Origin: Geosiphon pyriformis uo1
Lineage: Eukaryota; Fungi; Glomeromycota
Length of the DNA stretch: 64,000 nt
Direction of reading: 5' to 3'
Assembly (NCBI GenBank): GCA_016748015.1
Contig: JAAOMT010000239.1
Span: 547,554 to 611,553, forward strand
Shown: positions 24,916 through 38,834 of the stretch, one piece after another
Layout: every line of letters starts with the position of its first letter
Numbering within the stretch: the first letter of the stretch is position 1
The notes under the pieces: generated by a model
Told to the model about the DNA's origin: nothing
Seen by the model: only the letters and a program-made list of their open reading frames with translations
The model's database searches: none
Translations under genes and position numbers: made by a program

Positions 24916-25425
24916 ATTTTTCATGTGTAATCGTTTAAATGAGTTTAAATAGATTTAATCTTTTTAATTATAAATCAATCATAATTAGATTAGAATTATA
25001 TTTTATATTTAGCAAAATTATCTTTTATTAATAAAATTTAAATATATACATGTAACATACTTTTATTTTCCATTTTACCATTTTAAAAAAAAATTTTATA
25101 ATTATCTTTTAATATTTATAATATTAATTAAAATATTTAACTATTTTGTTTTATATTTGTAATAATTTAAATTAAATTAAATTAATTAATTAAAATCAAA
25201 ATAATCAATAATTAAAACATTAAAGCATTCTCTTTTTTTTTGTTTTCTGAATTATGATTTAATTTCTATATGGATTTATTAGAACAATTATTATTATTTT
25301 TATTAATGTTTTATGAGTGAGATCCAAACACTACCTAGAGCTATACATTAAAGAAATGACATAAACTAAGTGTGAATCATGCTCTTTCTACACGTAACCA
25401 ACCACTTAGGCTGATCAGGACAATA

Positions 25426-27074
25426 CTACACAGCTATATGAACTGAAACAGAGTCACCAATACCAGAAAAGAAAGAACAATGTTTACAAAAGCCAAAATG
25501 AACACCACAAGCTTCAGCCACACCAAGTAGCCTAACCACACCAGCTGAGATCCTAAAAGCTGAACCAGGAACTGAAATAGAAAACGAGCCATCAAGTGGG
25601 ATAAGATTATTTCTTTCCATAAATACATGATATTTCACCCAAACCAACCAAATATTACTCTTGAAAGCAAGACCAAGAGAGCGCACAAATTCAACAATAT
25701 TCAAATTAACAACTTCTGAGGCCTTAAAAAGATTGACAGCCTCTTGAGACCAATCACTAAAAACAAACCCCTTAAAGAGAGCCATAGACACAGAAATATC
25801 AGAGGCACAAGAAGACAACAATTGTAGCATGCAAAAAGAAGAGAGAGATAGGCCAGAAAGCTCTATCCAAGATTTAAAATGTGTACTCAGTATCTGGAGA
25901 TGCGCAAACTTATCAATCTCACAAGAGAAAACATGATCCGATGTTTCCATTTTGCCATAATATAAGCACAAAACACTAGAGTACCATCTGTTATACAGGT
26001 GTTTTCTAATTGCAACAGGCAGCCAGTGGTACAATGTCTTCATGAAAAAAGTGTGTGCATCTGCTATGGGCTTGCTAGTGTGGCCAGCAGCCATATGTGA
26101 ATCAAGATGCCATACCAGTAAGGAGCAAAACCAATTAACGTCTACAAGCGAGCTGGCAGGCAAAAATTTAGAACCAGAGCCAACTTCCCAATGTGCATAA
26201 CAAACGGAACAAAAAATATCATGAACAAAATGTCTAAAATTGCCAGAAATGACACGACCATCTACTAACAAGAAGCGCGCATTCAAATGCGAAGGAAGAA
26301 ACCAGCCAGAGTGAGAAGAAGCTCTGGCAATAGCATCTGCTCATTCATTTTCAATCACACCAGAGTGACTCTTCACCTTGTGCCATTCTACCATCAAATT
26401 TCTGTCACGAATAGTATTCACAATAAGCTGGCGTTCAACCCAACAAAAATTGCAAAAATCTGGACACATTAGACCTAATTCAGACTTACAGGCATCCAAA
26501 GCAGCTTGACTATCAGAGAACAGACAAACAGAGCTAAAAGAGGGGACACACACCAGTGCCAGTGCAATAGCTTGTATTTCCGCCAAAGTAGAAGATAACA
26601 AATCCGACATACCAATGCCCAAACTTAGATCAATGTCACTAAAAAAAACCCCAGCCCCAGCTGCGCAATTTCTGGTACCAAGGTTCATTAGAGACCCATC
26701 TGTATAAACAGAAATGTCACCATGAGAAATTCGGGAGAGCCGATCACAAACCAACATGAAGCCAGGAGATACAAGAACACTCTGAAGACCCACACCAACC
26801 AAAGTGGGAGAGGAGGCACAAGAAGACAACATATCAAGAAGGAACTTGACAGAAAGCACAAACCATTCAAGAGTCGGGCCATGGGGGTTCAATCTCTTCC
26901 ACTGCTTGAATTTGTACCAGTCAAACACTGCACCATAACGATCATGGAGTTGGTTAACAAAGGCAATGCCATATCGCCAGAGTGAAGAAAGAAACTTGAC
27001 AAATTTAGACTCACTGAGAATGTCAGACATGGGTATTCCACCATGAAGCTGAAATAGACTATCAAAAAAACCAC
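25426..27074 (-). pseudogene. LINE L2 ORF2 C-terminus: RNase H and C-terminal zinc finger
   Basis: Motifs VYTDGS, AEIQAI, SDSQ, KVKSHSGVIENE; CLY..ETSDHVFSC. Confidence 0.9.
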
Positions 27075-27614
27075 TGTTACGGTTTAAAAATTTAGTAAAA
27101 AGAATCATAAAAATAATACAAACTATTCAATCATAATATAGCACAGTAATAATCTTAGAAAGGTAATGATTAACATAGTAGCAAACACCATCTCGCAATA
27201 GTGATAAGCACCAGTTCACAATAGCAGCCAACACCAACTGGTGATAGCAGCAAACACCAGATTGAAATATCAAAAAAAGAAAGTATTACAATGTGTTTTC
27301 TCGTAGAACTACAAACATGTATATATACAATAGTTTTAATATTGGGAAATAATCAATCAAGTAATAAAAATCATAACTTATCAAGCAATAGATCCAATTT
27401 TATCCAACAAACTCCACTTTAAATCATACTTTCAAATTAAATATCCCAAGAAACCTTTAAAATTAAAAAGAAATGAAAAAGAATATTTAAAACTAAACTA
27501 TCACAACCCAAAGTATTAAGAAACTTACTTGTATTATTTATTGAATGAAACTATCATTCATTAACTGAATCCTTTGGAAGAATAATCCTTGATCAAGATT
27601 ATTCACATTGTTAC
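27075..27614 (+). repeat. 5' LTR of E, truncated (U5 and PBS missing)
   Basis: About 97% identical to 34405-34851 and 35349-35452, then jumps into coding sequence. Confidence 0.88.
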
Positions 27615-30600
27615 CTGTCTCTTATAATCCATCGAGAAATTGAGCAATACACCAACAAAAATTTTCCAATATCCACAGGAAACACTAGGGAATATGCCAA
27701 CAAAACCAAAGAAAATTTAGAAACTAATCAGGAAAGTAACCAGCAAAAACTAGAAACACCAGCTCAAACGCCAAAGAAAACTGTCACTCAATCAATAAAA
27801 AAACAACGTATTTATTCACTAGAAGATAAATCATACCATTTTTCACCAGAAAATAAGATACAAATTCCATTAGAAGCTGCATCATTATTAACATCAACTC
27901 CACAAATGCCAAGAACTCTTAGTTATACTGATAAAATTAAACAACATAACTGGGGAGACATACCAATTACAGGAGGATATTCATTACTATTCCAAAACCC
28001 TTTTTTTCAGCCAAAATTTAGAACAGGGTTTGAAAACCATGAAGAGGAGTCTGAATCGGAATCTGAAAAAGAGACCAGTAAAAAAACAATCACAAGACCA
28101 GTCACTGGAACAAACAGCCAGTCCAGAAACCAAGAAACTTGTGATCAAGAGAAAGAACTGGATATAAGGGAAGCCACCTTTAGGAATGCTCAAGGAAATA
28201 TCATCTCACCTCCTCTTAGACCAATAAACCCACCAGCAGAAAATGGCAACGAAATGACCACATCATACATTGCAAGACTAACAGATTTCTCAGGAGAGGA
28301 AGAAGAAATGGACATGCACACATGGCTCAGAGAAGCACAAAAAGCCATCCAGGCAAATAACTGGAATGACCAAAAAGCAATTCAAACATTATCTTTCTTC
28401 CTGAAAGGCACAGACGACTTGTGGTATCAAAGCCTGGAAACAAAACCCACGAGCTTTGCCAAATTTAAAAATGCACTTCTGGAGTATTTTAGTGACCCAA
28501 ACGCCATAATCCAACTACAGAACAAATTCAATACTATCAAGCAAAATACTGGTGAAACTGTCACCCAATACCTTGTTCGATTCAATCAAATTCGCCATCA
28601 GATTAAAGCAATTAAACAAGGATACTACACTGATTCTCAAGTTTTAAATCAGTTTATTAGAGGATTAAAAAGCAGCATTTTAAAAAGAGTATGCCCTGCC
28701 CACCCTAATTCCTTACCAGAAGCCATTACACTCGCCAGAGCCTTTGAATCAGCTGAGAAAGAAGCTAACCATAGTCAAATAGTTAACATGGTAATGGAGG
28801 AAAATAAGACAGAAACATTAGAGAAAAGAGTAATGCGATTAGAAGAGGAACTCTCTAAGAAAATAGAAAGTTACCTCATCCCGAATCTGAGAAAAAATAC
28901 ATACCAACCACCTCAAAGACGCAGCCAGGAAGTTAGTAACAGTTGAAATAATCACTCGTCGCACCAGGAATTCAGAACAGAAACACGCACCTGCCATTTT
29001 TGCAAATGCGTAGGACATTTGATTAGTCAATGTTGAACGCGAATGATGCAGAAAGCATGCGAAAATAATTACTACATGCCACCCCAAATGCCCAGAAACC
29101 AGTACATGCCAATACCATGCCAATATCTCACCATGTATTAAAATCAAAGAGCTTACCAGCAACAGCCCATGATAGCCAACCTGAATTGGTGTCCTGAGGC
29201 CCAAAATCAGCCCATGTGGAACCAGAACGTGTTAGTTTAGAGGAATCCAAACCGCGCCGGAACCAATCAGCAAACCAATCCAAACTACCAAAATTATCAA
29301 CAAACTTACCTTAATATACTGGAAAATCTGATTATCGGAAACAATGATGGTAGAAACATAAACAGAACCAAAAATTCCTCTAAATTGAGCCAGACAATAC
29401 CACCAGCAGTTGCCACCGAAGATAGCAGCCTCGCAGCTATTTTTCTTTTTGAATTAGAGGAAAACAAGGCTATGTTCAGTGGAGCAGCATTGGATGAAAA
29501 ACGCCCAATCACTACTATGTATACGGAAGCCACTGTAAACAATACCCCAATCAAACTTATCTTAGACAGTGGATCCACTGCAAGCATCATAACGCTTCAA
29601 CTAGTAAACCAACTGGGTTTCAAAGTTAATTGTGCCATGACATCCCAAATTATAACAGCCGATGGAAGTACAAAGCTGTCTCATGGCGAAATCGACTCAT
29701 TCTCTTTCGAAATTAATGGTATAGTAATACCTACAAAAGTATTAGTAATGGATGCTACACAATATCAAGCATTAGTAGAGAATAACTGGTTAACAAAAGC
29801 CAACGCCACCCTAGACTGGACCACCCAAGAGCTTCTGATCAATTATAATGGCCACCAGGCCAAAATTCCAGCCACTTGTGGCCACTTCCAAAAACCCAGC
29901 ACCAACCAAAGACCTATCTTCGAATTTGAGGAAAATCCAGCACTACCAGCCATTGAAATCTATTAGCTCTCTTGGGCTGATGACCAAAAAACAGAACTAC
30001 CAGCCATACCAACGTGGACCAGTGAAGAAAGATCCGAATGGAACCAGGTAAGTTCACAAAGAAACTACCAGCGACGCAGACCATAGCTAGAATGCTCGGT
30101 TTGTAAGAAGAAACTCTTGTCTATGACTGCGTGCAGCACACCAGACAAAAACCCAAGAAACCCCACCCACTACTATTGTAACTGTTGTAATAAAAAAAAA
30201 TACGGTTATCCAGAAAGACACGGAAAATGGGATGAGGAACCGTGTCTCGCTTGTGGAGAACCATTACCAAGAGGATGTAACTGGAATAACATACCAGACA
30301 AAGGAGGAACGTGTGACGCAACTTGCCAATACACGATCCTCATCTGTGACTGGGTAAGAAAAAGAATGCCGTTCGAAGCAGCATTCAACAGAGTGTTAAA
30401 AAGATTACAGCACTACCCACATGACGAGGACGAGCTGTACAACACCACACAAACCAAAGTAAGAGGAGGAACTGCCGAAGAAATACAATGTTGGAAAGAG
30501 TCAGCCGAAGTAGCTGACGAAATCGCCAGCTACAATATGTTCGACCCAGTGGACAAATTCCAGGACTACTACCAACAACTATGCCCCACTTAACAAGAGC

Positions 30601-32891
30601 AAAAACAATATCTTGCCCAAATCAACACTTACCTCTGCGAAAACTGTCTCATTCCATGCCAAAATCAGTGTTGTGAAGAGTGTCAAGATGAAAGGGACTT
30701 AAAAAGAAAAATGGAAATTGAGAATTAGCAGTCTCAAAATCAATCAATAAATCAACAAAACTTACCTGACAGTCCTGAGTTAGAAAAATTTGTAGTCTAT
30801 ACCGACCTAGAACAGGTAACTGATATCTGATACTTTGACAACAAGCACTTAGGAATAATATCCAAAAGAGCCCATCCAACCAATGCCGGATTCGATCTAT
30901 GTTATCCAGAAGACCAATCCACAACGTTACCACCCAGAAGCATCACCAAAATCGACCTAAAAATAGTGGTTGAAATTCCACCAGGAATAATGGTTCAAAT
31001 GGCGTCGTGATTAAGCCTCGCAAAAAAAGGAATAAGCATTCAAGAAGGAGTAATTGACTCTGAATACACTGGAAATTTGATGGTTTTGCTACAGAACAAT
31101 TCAGAAAAGCCTTATATCATTGAATCTAAGGAAAAGATTGCACAAGCAATTTTCCTACCATTGGTAAAAATTGGGAAATTTGTGCCAGTGGAAAATTGTA
31201 AGGAATTGTCACAAACAACGAGAAGAATTTTTGGTTTTGGATCGACAGGAAAAAGAATTGAAGTGAATTTTGCTGAAACAATAGAGGAAAAAGGCGAAGT
31301 AATTAAAAATGAGTGGTCTATCACACTCCTATCATATGGAAAATCAGAAATAAGAATAAAAAGGACAATTAAAGAAAAAGACTTAATATTTGAGCCCTAC
31401 TCAGAAACTTGCTAACAGTTTCTCATAGGACTTACTAACCTTTTTATTCCAGCTGATAAAGCTCAATGGATAAAAATTTCTATTGCAAACACCACAGAAG
31501 AACCTGTTTACATTCCGGAAAATACCATCATTGAATACCTCGGAATGGAGCTAAAAAATGCGTCAACACCACAAGAAATTCTAAATTTCCCAGAAATTGC
31601 TCTCTACTGTAAACTCACTTCAATAAATTGGCAACAACCATTAGAATGCTATCAATTTACACCAGAAAAATTGGCCAAATTAAACATTAGAACAATGGAT
31701 CCTGACCAACAGTGACAATTAAAAGCATTAATTTTAAAATACTCTGATATATTTTCAAGAAATAGCGAATTTGGAAGAACCAACTTGGTTCAACACCAAA
31801 TCTCCACTGGAGATGCCAAACCTAAAAAACAATGCACTTACTGTGTCCCACCAATGGAGCATAATTTTATCAGAGAAGAAGTCCAAAGCATGTTGGAAAA
31901 AGAAATAATACAACCATCAATGAGCCCATAGTCTTCACCAGTTGTTTTAGTAAGGAAAAAGAACGGAAAAATTAGATTTTGCGTCAGCTATCGCAAACTA
32001 AACAGCAAAACAACCAAAGACTTATACCCAATACTGTTAATTGACAAAATCTTCGACGTTTTTGGAGGAGCAAAATGGTTTTCTACACTGAACTTGACCA
32101 GTGGGTACTGGCAAGTGGAAATGGACCCAAAGAACAGGCATAAAACAGCATTCACAACACAAAATGGCAATTATGAGTTCAATGTAANNNNNNNNNNNNN
32201 NNNNNNNAAAAATGAGCTAGCATTTTTAGGACATGTAGTTGGAAAAGATGGAATAAAACCAGATCCATCAAAAATAGACAAAGTGAAAAATTTTCCAGTA
32301 CCTCGAAACATTTCAGAAGTTAGAAGCTTTTTAGGACTCGCATCTTACTACCGCCGCTTTGTAGAAAACTTTTCAAACATCACCAAACCCCTTAATTACC
32401 TACTATCTAAAAATGTGAAGTTTGAATGGACTGAAGCACAACAAAAAGCTTTTGAGTACCTTAGACAAAAGCTCATTGAATCACCAATAATGATCTATCC
32501 GAATTTCAACAAAAAATTTATTTTGGCCACAGATGCCTCTGGAACTGGACTTGGAGCCATTCTGTCACAAAAAGATGATAATGGAAGAGAACATGTAATC
32601 ACTTATGCCAGCAGAAGTTTCAGTATGGCAGAACAAAACTATGCAGCACATGAACTTGAATGCTTAGCAGTAGTCTGGAGTTGTGTTCACTTTGACACAT
32701 ATTTACGGTACCAACCCTTTGAGATTATGACAGATCATAGAGATCTGGTCTGGTTAAATAACAAAAAAGCACTAAAAGAAAAATACACCAGATGGTCACA
32801 AATGTTAGCATCATATGATTATATTATCAAATACAAAGAAGGTACCAAAAATGCTAATCCCAACTGTTTGTCAAGAATGAAACACACATAA
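27615..32891 (+). pseudogene. Element E polyprotein: Gag-PR-Cys-rich-dUTPase-RT-RNase H
   Basis: Motifs CHFCKCVGHLISQC, LILDSGS, AGFDL, FGFGSTG, ATDAS, ELECLA, TDH. Confidence 0.9.
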
Positions 32892-32920
32892 AAATCACCA
32901 ACCTACCCGCCACAACAACA

Positions 32921-34142
32921 ATGAACAACCACCTTTACAAAAACCTCAGCCAATACTTGGAAACACTACAAATAGACAAAAAAATGCCAGTAAAAGAGCT
33001 AATTAAGCTCCAAAAATTAGCAAAACACTATTTCATCCAAAATCACATACTTTATTACCAGAATCAACAAAATTCAGATAATTCATTAAGAGTTATAACC
33101 ACAGATAAAAAAGAAACTATCTTATTTAACATGCACTCAGATATTTATTTAGGCCACTTTGGAAAAACAGCAACCATCCAACATGCAACTAGCCATTACT
33201 ATTGGCCAAAAATAAGTTCAGACATAATCCAATACATAAGAAATTGTGACCCATGCCAATGAAGAAGAGGAACAAAAACAATGGAATTATTAAGACCAAT
33301 AAAAGTTGGACAGCCATTTGACAGAATTGGAATTGATTTAGTTGGACCCTTACCAATAACAACAAGAAACAACCATTATATTGCAGTAGTCATGGACTAT
33401 CTCACCAAATGGCCAGAAACTAGAGCTATTAAAACAGCTGATGCTATTTCCATAGCTCAATTCATACATGAAGACTTAATTTGCTGACATGGATGTTCAC
33501 AAGAATTGCTATCAGATCAAGGCACACACTTTGTAAACAGCACCTTAAAAGAACTTAGCCAAAAATTTGGAATCAAGTGACCACTGTCATCACCATACCA
33601 CCCTCAAACAAATGGATTAATTGAAAGATTTAATCGCACATTATGCGAATCACTGGCGAAAATTAGTAACGAAAATGAAAAAGAATGGGATTTGTTTATA
33701 CCAGCAGTACTACTAGTATATAGAACAGTAAAACAAGATACTACACAATTTACACCGTTTGAACTAGTTTATGGAAGAAAAGCCACATTACCAGTTGAAC
33801 TTACTATCCCAACTTATCCAAGTGACACTATCATGGAAGCAACATTCCAGGAAACACTACTTAGAAGAACATACGAATTAATGGGAACTTTAGAAAACAA
33901 AAGAAAAAAAACAGCACAAAATATTGAACAATCACAAGAACAACAAAAAGTGAGATATGATAACCAGTTACCAGATAATATAATTAGCTACAAAATTGGA
34001 GATAAAGTATTGTTGCATTGTACAAAAATGGAAAAACAGTGGAGTGGAAAATTTGATCACAAGTGGGATGAACCATTTTATATTCACAAAATACTTGGAA
34101 ATGGAGCATACAAGCTAAGACTAGATGATAAAATATTAAGAA
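32921..34142 (+). pseudogene. Element E integrase (separate ORF with own ATG)
   Basis: Motifs H...GHFG...CDPCQ, GIDLVGPL, SDQG, ERFNR. Confidence 0.9.
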
Positions 34143-34404
34143 NNNNNNNNNNNNNNNNNNNNTACATTCCATTCAAAAACAGTTTACAGAATTTTCAAAG
34201 CATTTGAAAACTGTCACAAATTATTGTTGGACCCAATTATGAACATAATAACAACCAATAGTATTGGATGACTTACCAATTCACAATTTCAAAAATTACA
34301 ACAACAAATTAATAACACAGTATTGAACCACTATAGTAACTTAGAATTTAATGAAGAAATTAACTTTGATTTTGATGGAGCTCAATCTTGAAAGGAGGTG
34401 ATAA

Positions 34405-35790
34405 TGTTACGGTTTAAGAATTTAGCAAAAAGAATCATAAAAATAATACAAACTATTTAATCATAATATAGCACAGTAATAATCTTAGAAAAGTAATGAT
34501 TAACATAGTAGCAAACACCATCTCGCAATAGTGGTAAGCACCAGTTCACAATAGCAGCCAACACCAACTGGTGATAGCAGCAAACACCAGATTGAAATAT
34601 CAAAAAAAGAAAGTATTACAATGTGTTTTCTCGTAGAACTACAAACATATATATATACAGTAGTTTTAATATTGGGAAATAATCAATCAAGTAATAAAAA
34701 TCATAACTTATCAAGCAATAGATCCAATTTTATCCAACAAACTCCACTTTAAATCATACTTTCAAATTAAATATCCCAAGAAACTTTTAAAATCAAAAAG
34801 AAATGAAAAAGAATATTTAAAACTGAACTATCACAACCCAAAGTATTAAGANNNNNNNNNNNNNNNNNNNNAAAATTAGAGATAGCATTGGGCAATACAT
34901 TAATAATGGAAGAAATAAAAATAAGTGAATTAACACCAGACACATTTAGCAACTTGAAAACAAAATTTTCAATTAATTACTGTTATTATCAACTAGGAAA
35001 GCACTTGAACATACAAACATTATACTCAAAAGACTCAACTAGAGTGTTTGACAAAACAACTATCCAACTATTAGAACCTTTCATTGGAAAAACCAACACT
35101 ACATTCCATTCAAAAACAGTTTACAGAATTTTCAAAGCATTTGAAAACTGTCACAAATTATTGTTGGACCCAATCATGAACATAATAACAACCAACAGTA
35201 TTGGACGACTTACCAACTCGCAATTTCAAGAATTACAACAACAAATTAATAACACAGTATTGAACCACTATAGTAACTTAGAATTTAATGAAGAAATAAA
35301 CTTCGATTTCGACGGAGCTCAATCTTGANNNNNNNNNNNNNNNNNNNNAAGTATTAAGAAACTTACTTGTATTATTTATTGAATGAAACTATCATTCATC
35401 AACTGAATTCCTTGGAAGAATAATTCTTGATCAAGATTATTCACGTTGTTACTAATTGATAAAAGCTTTATTGTAAGAATTAGAAAAGCACTAAAGACCA
35501 TTAACATTCTGTGTTTCTAGATTAGAGAAACACATCAGGCAATTGCAAAGATAGCCTTAGAGAAGACCCCAAACAGTGGGTAGATTTCAGTTCAGCCTCT
35601 GAGAAGGAGTACATAAACACACACAACAATCAAGAATTGAAGAATAACTTACATCGCAACAGTAAAAAAAAAGCCTTCAGTATAACAGTGACATTATTAC
35701 ACAAATAAAATTGAGGAACTTACGAAAGACTGATTGCAATTAAAATGGGATATCAGCAATTAAATATAACAAGAAAACCATTCCGTAACA
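34405..35790 (+). repeat. 3' LTR of E in two pieces (34405-34851 and 35349-35790) around a gap-bounded ORF3 contig
   Basis: The pieces overlap by AAGTATTAAGA; PPT GAAAGGAGG upstream. Confidence 0.8.
34872..35328 (+). CDS. E-family ORF3 C-terminal part (unknown protein ending NFDFDGAQS); second partial copy at 34163-34391
   Basis: Open 146-aa frame homologous to C ORF3. Confidence 0.7.
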
Positions 35791-38700
35791 CCACTCAAAG
35801 ATAAATTGCCATCGAGAAAAATGCAAACAACACCCGCTAAGAAATTATTCAAAGGGCTAACTCGAACATGAACAAGAACACTCAAAGGATGCACTGGACA
35901 CCAACACAAAACTTGTAAATCATGAGACCTATGGGAGAATAGAAAACCCAGGATCCCAGTTGAGTTTGCAAAACTAATAAGAGAAGTGACTTTACTCTTT
36001 GATTGAATTTGGGCAAAAAACTTCAAACCATAGAAAGAAGGATAGTGGATTGTGTCATTAGGAAAATCAAGGAGCAATCTAGACTTGGACTTCAAGCCTT
36101 TACAAACCAAAGAATCCCACTTGTTACACACACTAACAGGAACAAAACTGAATTGAGTCTTATAACTAATGATAGGGTAAAGGACAGCTAATACCAAATA
36201 TAGAAACTGTTTGTCTGACATGGCCTTCCTCAGAACCAAGTTGGTAAAAAAACAAACATCTGAATGTGCTTTTGCCAGACTGGGCTTCAACAGTCCCTCA
36301 GATGACAAAAAAATACTCGGGTAACAATGCGATTCACCTGATTTGGCTATAAAAATGGAGGACCCACTAATGAAAAGAGAAGGAGCTCTGATACGGCAAT
36401 TAATCAGAATGGCTATAGTCTTATCATTATTGATAGAAATATCATTAATGCAGAAAAATTCACTAGCAACATTAAGAATGTGCTGAGTAGCAGCCTGACT
36501 GTTACTCACCCAGATTGTATCATCCACAAAAGCGCCAGCAGCAAAAAAGAATGACAATCTAGTCTGAGACTCCATACAGCCCATCTTAGTAACAAAACAA
36601 GAAATTAATCTGTAGTCACACACATTCTCCTGCCTTTTAACTTCGCACAAAAGAGGATCATAAAAAATACACCAAAGAAGTGGTGAGAACACCTCCTCTT
36701 AGTCCAAGCCATCATGTACGTGATAACCCTTTGTCAATCCAAAATCAGTCATAACCTGGTTGGTACGACCACCATAAATATCCCCAAAAAACCTAATAAA
36801 TTTGCTGCACATTTTTATTCTAACCAAACTTTTCTTAAGGTGTTCTCAACCAACCAAGTCATATGCTTTTCTCATGTCTTGCAAAACCAGCCAGAGCTTC
36901 TGGTTTTTTTTAAGGGCATCTTCGATTACTGAACCAATTGCAAAAATGGGAGACTGAGTCATAGTGTCTTTGAGAACTGAAAAATTGTCCTCATAAAAAA
37001 CATCAAACTTGCTACATGGCAAAGAGATTCTATCAGAAAAAATCTTAGAAAGGATTTTCCGAGCCATCTCAATCAGAACAATAGGATGAGTGTTCATGAG
37101 CACACCTTCCCATTCATAAAGTTTGGGAATTATTGATACCCAGGCATCCTTTCAAGTACCAGGCACTGATTCACTACAGAGACAAGAATTAATAAGCACC
37201 AAGAGCATATCAAGAACAGATTTGTTATAATGCTTCCAAAGTTCATTGGAGATACCCAAGAGACCAGCAGCCTTCTCATCAAGTAAACTAGAGACCACGT
37301 CAAACATTTCAACAAAGCTAACACAGCTCATAACATCTGAAAAAGCACCATCAAAGATGTATTCCAAAGGCTGATATTGGTGAGACCAATCTCCTAGAAT
37401 ATTAAGAACCACTTTATGTGTACAAATCCACCCCTTCATAATCTTATCCACCTTAGTTTTAACAGGATCAGGTTCCAAATATAGTTTATCACCAATGACC
37501 AAATGATCCAAAACCACCCTATGAAAAGGCCTTTCCAAGACACTTCTAATAGTATGACCCTTGGTGGATTCAAAGCTTTCCATCCTCTTATCAATGGCAG
37601 ATCTGATTTGTGAGTCTTCAGCACGTTTCAATTCCGATAACTTCGAGGCACGATAAGATTTCCTGGTTTTGGACAGAGCTGAACAAATGATGTCAAAAGG
37701 GGACCCTGAGAGAAAAAGAGACCTTATCACAACAGCATTAGAAGAATCAAGCAAAGCCCAAGTATCGAGCAGTGATATAAACCCATCACAATTAACAAAA
37801 CGGGATGCCTTGACCAATTTGGACACTAAAAGCTCTAATTTGTGGAACTTGGACGAACTCTTGGTGAAAATGCCGTCATAATCCTTAAACCAATTCTTCT
37901 TGAAAACTTCATCTACCAAAAAGCACATTGTCTTGCAAACAGCATCCCACATCGCATCCAAATCTAACAGTTGTCTGGCAGCCATGAAATCATCAGAGAA
38001 CATGGCAGCATTCACTGCTGTGGCATCCTTGAATTTCAACCATAAGACAACATCAGCATTCTTGAAATTGTATTTCCAATGATTCTTATTGGCCTGCTTG
38101 CAGACAGAACACAAACATGTATCCAGAAGACCACCCAAACCAATTGACACTGAGACGGCTCAATGGTCAGTATCAAAGAAATCAATCACATCCGGAATAT
38201 TACGACCCACAATAGCATTGATCAAGCTGGGAGACACAAAAAAATAATCAATTGTCTTTGTTACACCTCAGAAATTACTCCATGTTGGAACCTTTAAAAA
38301 CTGACTACCAACAAGAGAGTTGACCAGACCCAAGCTACTACACTTTTTGAAACTAGTGCTTCCACATGAACCATCTTCATTGAAGTCACCACCCAAGACT
38401 ATGAAAGAGAATTCATTTACAGCCCTAGCAATCAAAGCATTCACGTTATCGGTCTGAGAGAAATGCACCGAAGCCAATGCACCAGCATACAGACCCAAAA
38501 TAGAAACTGAAAGTTTATTCTTAAAAAGTAACCTAACAGAAAGAAGACAGCCAGAGACTTCGGAGACTCTACACACATGTCTGGCCAGAGCAGTATTCAT
38601 AACAATAGCCACACCTAAACCGAGATGACCCAAATCCAAACCAGAAATAAAAACTTGAACACCAGCAAACTTATCAGCAATCCACGGACGAACTTTACCC

Positions 38701-38834
38701 TTCAATTTCATTTCTGTAACTATTGAAACCATATTGTTTATGCTCATATGCCAATGAATAATGTTGGCTTGCTTAGCAGGATTGTTCATCCCTCTAACAT
38801 TGCACGTAGCTATTTTCCACACAAAACTGGTCAT
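35791..38834 (-). pseudogene. LINE L2 ORF2: APE endonuclease and reverse transcriptase
   Basis: Motifs ATCNVRG, GGDFN, QDMRKAYD, SPLLW.IFYDPL, AFVDD. Confidence 0.92.

Larger units (their letters stand above)
27075..35790 (+). mobile_element. Ty3/Gypsy element E (dUTPase-bearing); 4-bp TSD CCAC; four assembly gaps
   Basis: CCAC at 27071-27074 and 35791-35794; TGTTACGG...CCGTAACA termini. Confidence 0.92.

Noticed and set aside
27175-27266. CRISPR-like repeat-spacer look (also 9790-9905)
   Set aside because: Period is only 20-23 nt, spacers are 7-9 nt, the arrays are inside LTR U3, the context is eukaryotic and there are no cas genes.
34163-35348. Apparent tandem duplication of the ORF3 end or a three-LTR element
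   Set aside because: Every junction is a 20-N gap and the LTR halves overlap across the insert. Most likely scaffolding of a paralogous contig.
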